The notes under the pieces were generated by a model. It saw only the letters and a program-made list of their open reading frames with translations. It did not search any database and had not been told where the DNA came from. Shown here in pieces: positions 60,678-64,000 of a DNA stretch of 64,000 nt. Within the stretch, counting starts at the first letter, position 1. Each line of letters starts with the position of its first letter. The stretch comes from an uncultured delta proteobacterium (lineage in GTDB: Bacteria; Desulfobacterota; Desulfobacteria; Desulfobacterales; JAHEIW01), in assembly GCA_963706575.1 (NCBI GenBank), contig CAVPNL010000006.1, forward strand, positions 608,001 to 672,000, in the 5' to 3' direction. The position numbers and the translations under genes were made by a program.

Positions 60678-61072
60678 ATTCTTGCAAGCGCCGGCAACTC
60701 CCGGGCCCACAATTTGCTAATCTTTTTAAAACCTGAATTGGCTTCATTTGATGAAATCCGGTTATTTTAATATTGACATATCAGGAGGTTCCTGCAATTG
60801 TTAGCTGACTTTTTGAGCTGGATTTAGACGGCTGTGAACCGCGGTCTGAAGGTTGGTTGGTGGATGAAGGGGTTAGTGCTTTGGGGAACCCGCCTTTTTC
60901 AAACCGGGGCTGCACCGGCGGTTTCGTAAAAAACCGTTTCCTTTCTTACACTGTGGGAAATCCGAATTTATATTGATTTTAGATGGTTAACGTTGAAACA
61001 GGTATCGTTCTCCGGCTGTATTCTCAATTTTGAGGCTCTCTATCTCAATCTGGCGATGAAGGTGGCCCTGCC

Positions 61073-62122
61073 ATGGATATGAAAAGGCACTATTACGAAG
61101 ATGTTCAGCTATTTACCTCCGGTGTGATTGTCTTCTGGTTTTGTGCTTTCATCCTTTTTCTGGCCCTGTTTCCTCTCCTTTTTAAAAATTATTATGTCTA
61201 TCTGGCCAATTACATGGCCATTAATGTGATTGTGGCCATCGGCCTCAATCTTCTGGTGGGCTATACCGGGCAGATATCCCTCGGGCACGCGGGATTTTTT
61301 GCAATCGGGGCTTACGGCACGATTGTTTTAATGAGCCAGGCCCATTTTCCGTTCATCGTGGCGCTGCCCGCCGCCGCCCTGGTGGCAGCGCTGTTCGGAT
61401 TTTTGCTGGGATTGCCGGCCCTGCGGCTTGAAGGGCCCTATCTGGCGATTGCCACCCTCGGTTTCGGGCTGACCATTACCCAGGTTATCGGCCGAATCGA
61501 GTTTTTCGGCGGACGGCAGGGCCTGCACGCCCCGGCTCTGACCATCGGTCCCTGGCATCTGGATACGGACATCGATTTTTACTATCTGCTGATAACCCTG
61601 ACGGTGTTGTTAACCATCGCCGCCCGGAATATCATTAAAACCCGTGTGGGGCGGGCCTTTATTGCCATCCGCGATGCGGATATCGCCGCTGAAACCATGG
61701 GGGTTAATCTGGTTCTTTACAAAACCCTGGCCTTTGCGGTCAGCGCTTTTTATGCGGGAATTGCCGGCGGGCTGTACGCCTTTGTCCTGCGGTTTATCGA
61801 GCCGGAGATCTTTACGCTTTTGATGTCGATTATGTTCCTGGCCATGGTGATCGTCGGCGGTCTGGGCTCCATTATGGGCGCCATTGCCGGTGCCTGCCTG
61901 CTTAGCTGGATGGATCTCCAGCTGCGCAATATCCTGAGTATTCCTTACGTGGGTGAATGGCTGGAGGCGCTGTCTCAAAGCTATTTTTCCATAACCGGGA
62001 TTTCGAATATCCAGTATATCGTATTCGGCTCTATTCTGGTGTTGATTATGCTGTTCGAGCCGCTGGGGATATTCGGGATCTGGATTCGGACCAAGAAGTA
62101 CTGGAAAACGTGGCCGTTCTGA
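61073..62122 (+). CDS. livM: Branched-chain amino acid ABC transporter permease
   Basis: GLNLLVGYTGQISLGHAGF, LRLEGPYLAIATL, GRAFIAIRD. Confidence 0.88.
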   Translation: MDMKRHYYEDVQLFTSGVIVFWFCAFILFLALFPLLFKNYYVYLANYMAINVIVAIGLNLLVGYTGQISLGHAGFFAIGAYGTIVLMSQAHFPFIVALPAAALVAALFGFLLGLPALRLEGPYLAIATLGFGLTITQVIGRIEFFGGRQGLHAPALTIGPWHLDTDIDFYYLLITLTVLLTIAARNIIKTRVGRAFIAIRDADIAAETMGVNLVLYKTLAFAVSAFYAGIAGGLYAFVLRFIEPEIFTLLMSIMFLAMVIVGGLGSIMGAIAGACLLSWMDLQLRNILSIPYVGEWLEALSQSYFSITGISNIQYIVFGSILVLIMLFEPLGIFGIWIRTKKYWKTWPF

Positions 62123-62304
62123 AATGGGTACTGGGTATTCGGTATTGGGTATTTGGTACTTGAGGTAAAGATATAGGCAACAGCATATTGTTAAAGAAAC
62201 CTCACGCAAAGACGCCAAAACGGCGCAAAGGGTAACTTAAATAAACAAAAATATTTTTTCTTTGCGGGCTTTGCGGCTTTTCGTGCGAACAATGCGAAGG
62301 TTCT

Positions 62305-63180
62305 ATGCTTGATTTTTTCCAGATGATCACCAGCGGGATTGCGGTTGGCAGCACCTATGCCCTGATGGGCATTGCCATGGTCATTATTTACAAGACCTCG
62401 GAGGTGCCCAACTTCGCTCAGGGTGAAATGGCGCTGATTTCATCCTTCTTCGCCTTTATGCTCCTGGACCAATACGGCCTGCCTTACCATCTGGCGTTTC
62501 CGGCGGCATTGGTGTTTGCCATTCTGCTGGGGTTTTTGCTGGAGTTTGCCGTCCTGCGTCGCGCCAAAGAACCCAATATTCTGGGTATGATCGTCATTAC
62601 CATCGGTATTGAAATGATATTGCTGGGGCTGGTTTCCTGGAAGTTTGGTGCGGATCCCAAAACCATGCCCTTTCCCATTTCGCCCTGGGACAGCGTTGCC
62701 ATCGGGGCGGTGTTCATCAGCGGGCTTGAAATGCTGACCCTGGTCCTGGCGCTGGTCATTATGGTGATTTTATTTGTCTTTCTGAGATACTCAAAGCTGG
62801 GCGTTGCCATGAAGGCCACCCAGCAGAACAACATGGCAGCCCGCATCATGGGCATTCGCACCAATCGAATTCTGATGATCACCTGGGGGATTTCAGCGTT
62901 TGTGGGTTGCGTAGCCGGCCTGCTGATTTCACCAACGACCATGCAGCCGTATATGATGTGGGATCCGTTGCTGAAAGGTTTTGCCGCTGCGGTGATGGGG
63001 GGTATGACCTCCCTGCCCGGTGCCGTTGTGGCAGCCTATCTGCTGGGTATTATCGAAAACTTATTCGGCGGCTATGTGTCGATCGAGTTTAAATCCTCGG
63101 TGGCCTTTGCCATCATCGTGCTGGTGCTGTGCATTAAGCCAAGCGGATTGTTTGCAAGACATTATGTCAAAAAGGTTTAG
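62305..63180 (+). CDS. livH: Branched-chain amino acid ABC transporter permease
   Basis: YALMG, NFAQGE, GVAMKAT, KGFAAAVMGG, KPSGLF. Confidence 0.88.
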   Translation: MLDFFQMITSGIAVGSTYALMGIAMVIIYKTSEVPNFAQGEMALISSFFAFMLLDQYGLPYHLAFPAALVFAILLGFLLEFAVLRRAKEPNILGMIVITIGIEMILLGLVSWKFGADPKTMPFPISPWDSVAIGAVFISGLEMLTLVLALVIMVILFVFLRYSKLGVAMKATQQNNMAARIMGIRTNRILMITWGISAFVGCVAGLLISPTTMQPYMMWDPLLKGFAAAVMGGMTSLPGAVVAAYLLGIIENLFGGYVSIEFKSSVAFAIIVLVLCIKPSGLFARHYVKKV

Positions 63181-63385
63181 AATTGGTTTCAAAACCCCAT
63201 CTAAGGCCCAATGGCTGCGTTGTCCCGCAAATTGAAATACTCACGGACTCACGTGTACGCTCGGACACACGCATTCCAATTCGCGGGACGCCTTGCTTTG
63301 ATGCACACCTTAATTTGCTCAAATCAAGACGTGCAATCCCGCGTTCAAGCGGGAAACCTGATCTGGGGCCTTGAAACCAATTCTA
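63178..63385. mobile_element. MITE-like element with perfect 15 bp terminal inverted repeats
   Basis: TAGAATTGGTTTCAA ... TTGAAACCAATTCTA; core cgtgtacgctcggacacacg shared (inverted) with 32881-33036. Confidence 0.7.
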
Positions 63386-63387
63386 AG

Positions 63388-63445
63388 CAACTAAACACCA
63401 AACACCAAACACTAAATACCAAACACGAATCACTAAACACCAACC
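63388..63445. repeat. Heptamer tandem repeat (YAAACAC)n
   Basis: ctaaacac caaacac caaacac taaatac caaacac gaatcac taaacac. Confidence 0.75.
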
Positions 63446-63461
63446 AAAAAGGAGTGAAGGC

Positions 63462-64000
63462 ATGAGAAGGACAGGCTTTTGGATTTTAGCGGCAATGGTG
63501 GCCATGGTATTCGGACTTACATTCAACGCCATGGCAGAAGAGGGTCTCACCGATACCGAAATTCATCTCGGGCAGTGGGGTCCGCAAACCGGCCCTGCGG
63601 CACCCTGGGGATCCGTGGCCCGGGGCACCGGTGACTATTTTAAAATGATCAACGCCGAAGGCGGCATCCACGGCCGCAAGATCGTCTATCACATGTTTGA
63701 CGATGCTTACAATCCGGCCAAAACAAAAGCGGGCGTCAAAGAGCTGCAGGAAGGTACCGGCATATTTGCCTGGTCCAGCGGCGTCGGCACGGCACCCGGT
63801 CTGGCGGTACGCGATTATATCCTGGAACGTAAAATCCCCTGGGTCGGGCCGGCCACGGGGTCTTCACATTGGATTACTCCGCCGAACAGATATCTGTTTG
63901 CGGTTTATCCCCTGTACTATATCGAAGCCAAGGCCCTGGTTCGGCTTGGGGTCGAAGAAATGGGTTTCAAGCGCGTGGCCATCGCCTACCAGAACGACGA
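63462..64000 (+). CDS. ABC transporter substrate-binding protein (LivJ/K-like), 3'-truncated; missing from the ORF track
   Basis: ATG 63462 with AGGAG RBS; signal peptide; GQWGPQTGPAAPWG, INAEGGIHGRKI, DDAYNPAKT. Confidence 0.9.
   Translation, partial: MRRTGFWILAAMVAMVFGLTFNAMAEEGLTDTEIHLGQWGPQTGPAAPWGSVARGTGDYFKMINAEGGIHGRKIVYHMFDDAYNPAKTKAGVKELQEGTGIFAWSSGVGTAPGLAVRDYILERKIPWVGPATGSSHWITPPNRYLFAVYPLYYIEAKALVRLGVEEMGFKRVAIAYQND

Noticed and set aside
60680..61070. Possible ncRNA (6S, T-box or riboswitch) upstream of livM
   Set aside because: Only a TTGACA and short hairpins; no recognisable conserved RNA motif by eye.

Overview
Bacterial chromosomal window; gene content and intergenic repeat style suggest a Desulfobacterota/deltaproteobacterial genome (inference). 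In order it holds: an NCS2 permease end, a HigA remnant and an AAA_14/DUF4143 ATPase; two M20 amidohydrolases, two B12-radical SAM genes, lnt and a PDZ-membrane-GAF-SpoIIE phosphatase; a heavily frameshifted ~7.7 kb gene for a giant secreted protein with two downstream secreted partners. A ~10 kb signalling cluster follows (two RsbW/STAS pairs, GAF-class III cyclase, cNMP-binding protein, HD hydrolase, GAF-His kinase, GAF-SpoIIE), with no sigma factor gene. Then come rimO, ispB, tRNA-Val(GAC) and an accessory block (STAND cyclase, methyltransferase, GNAT, dipeptidase, DUF294 protein, two response regulators), a penicillin acylase, a six-gene MshA-like glycosyltransferase cluster and a branched-chain amino acid ABC operon. 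The best candidates for undescribed systems are the partner-switching/cyclic-nucleotide (possibly cGMP) circuit at 24.7-34.5 kb and the MshA-like/CysRS-domain/GNAT cluster at 53-60.7 kb. Many single-base indels look like long-read errors, so pseudogene calls are provisional. All calls come from reading motifs by eye; no database searches were run.
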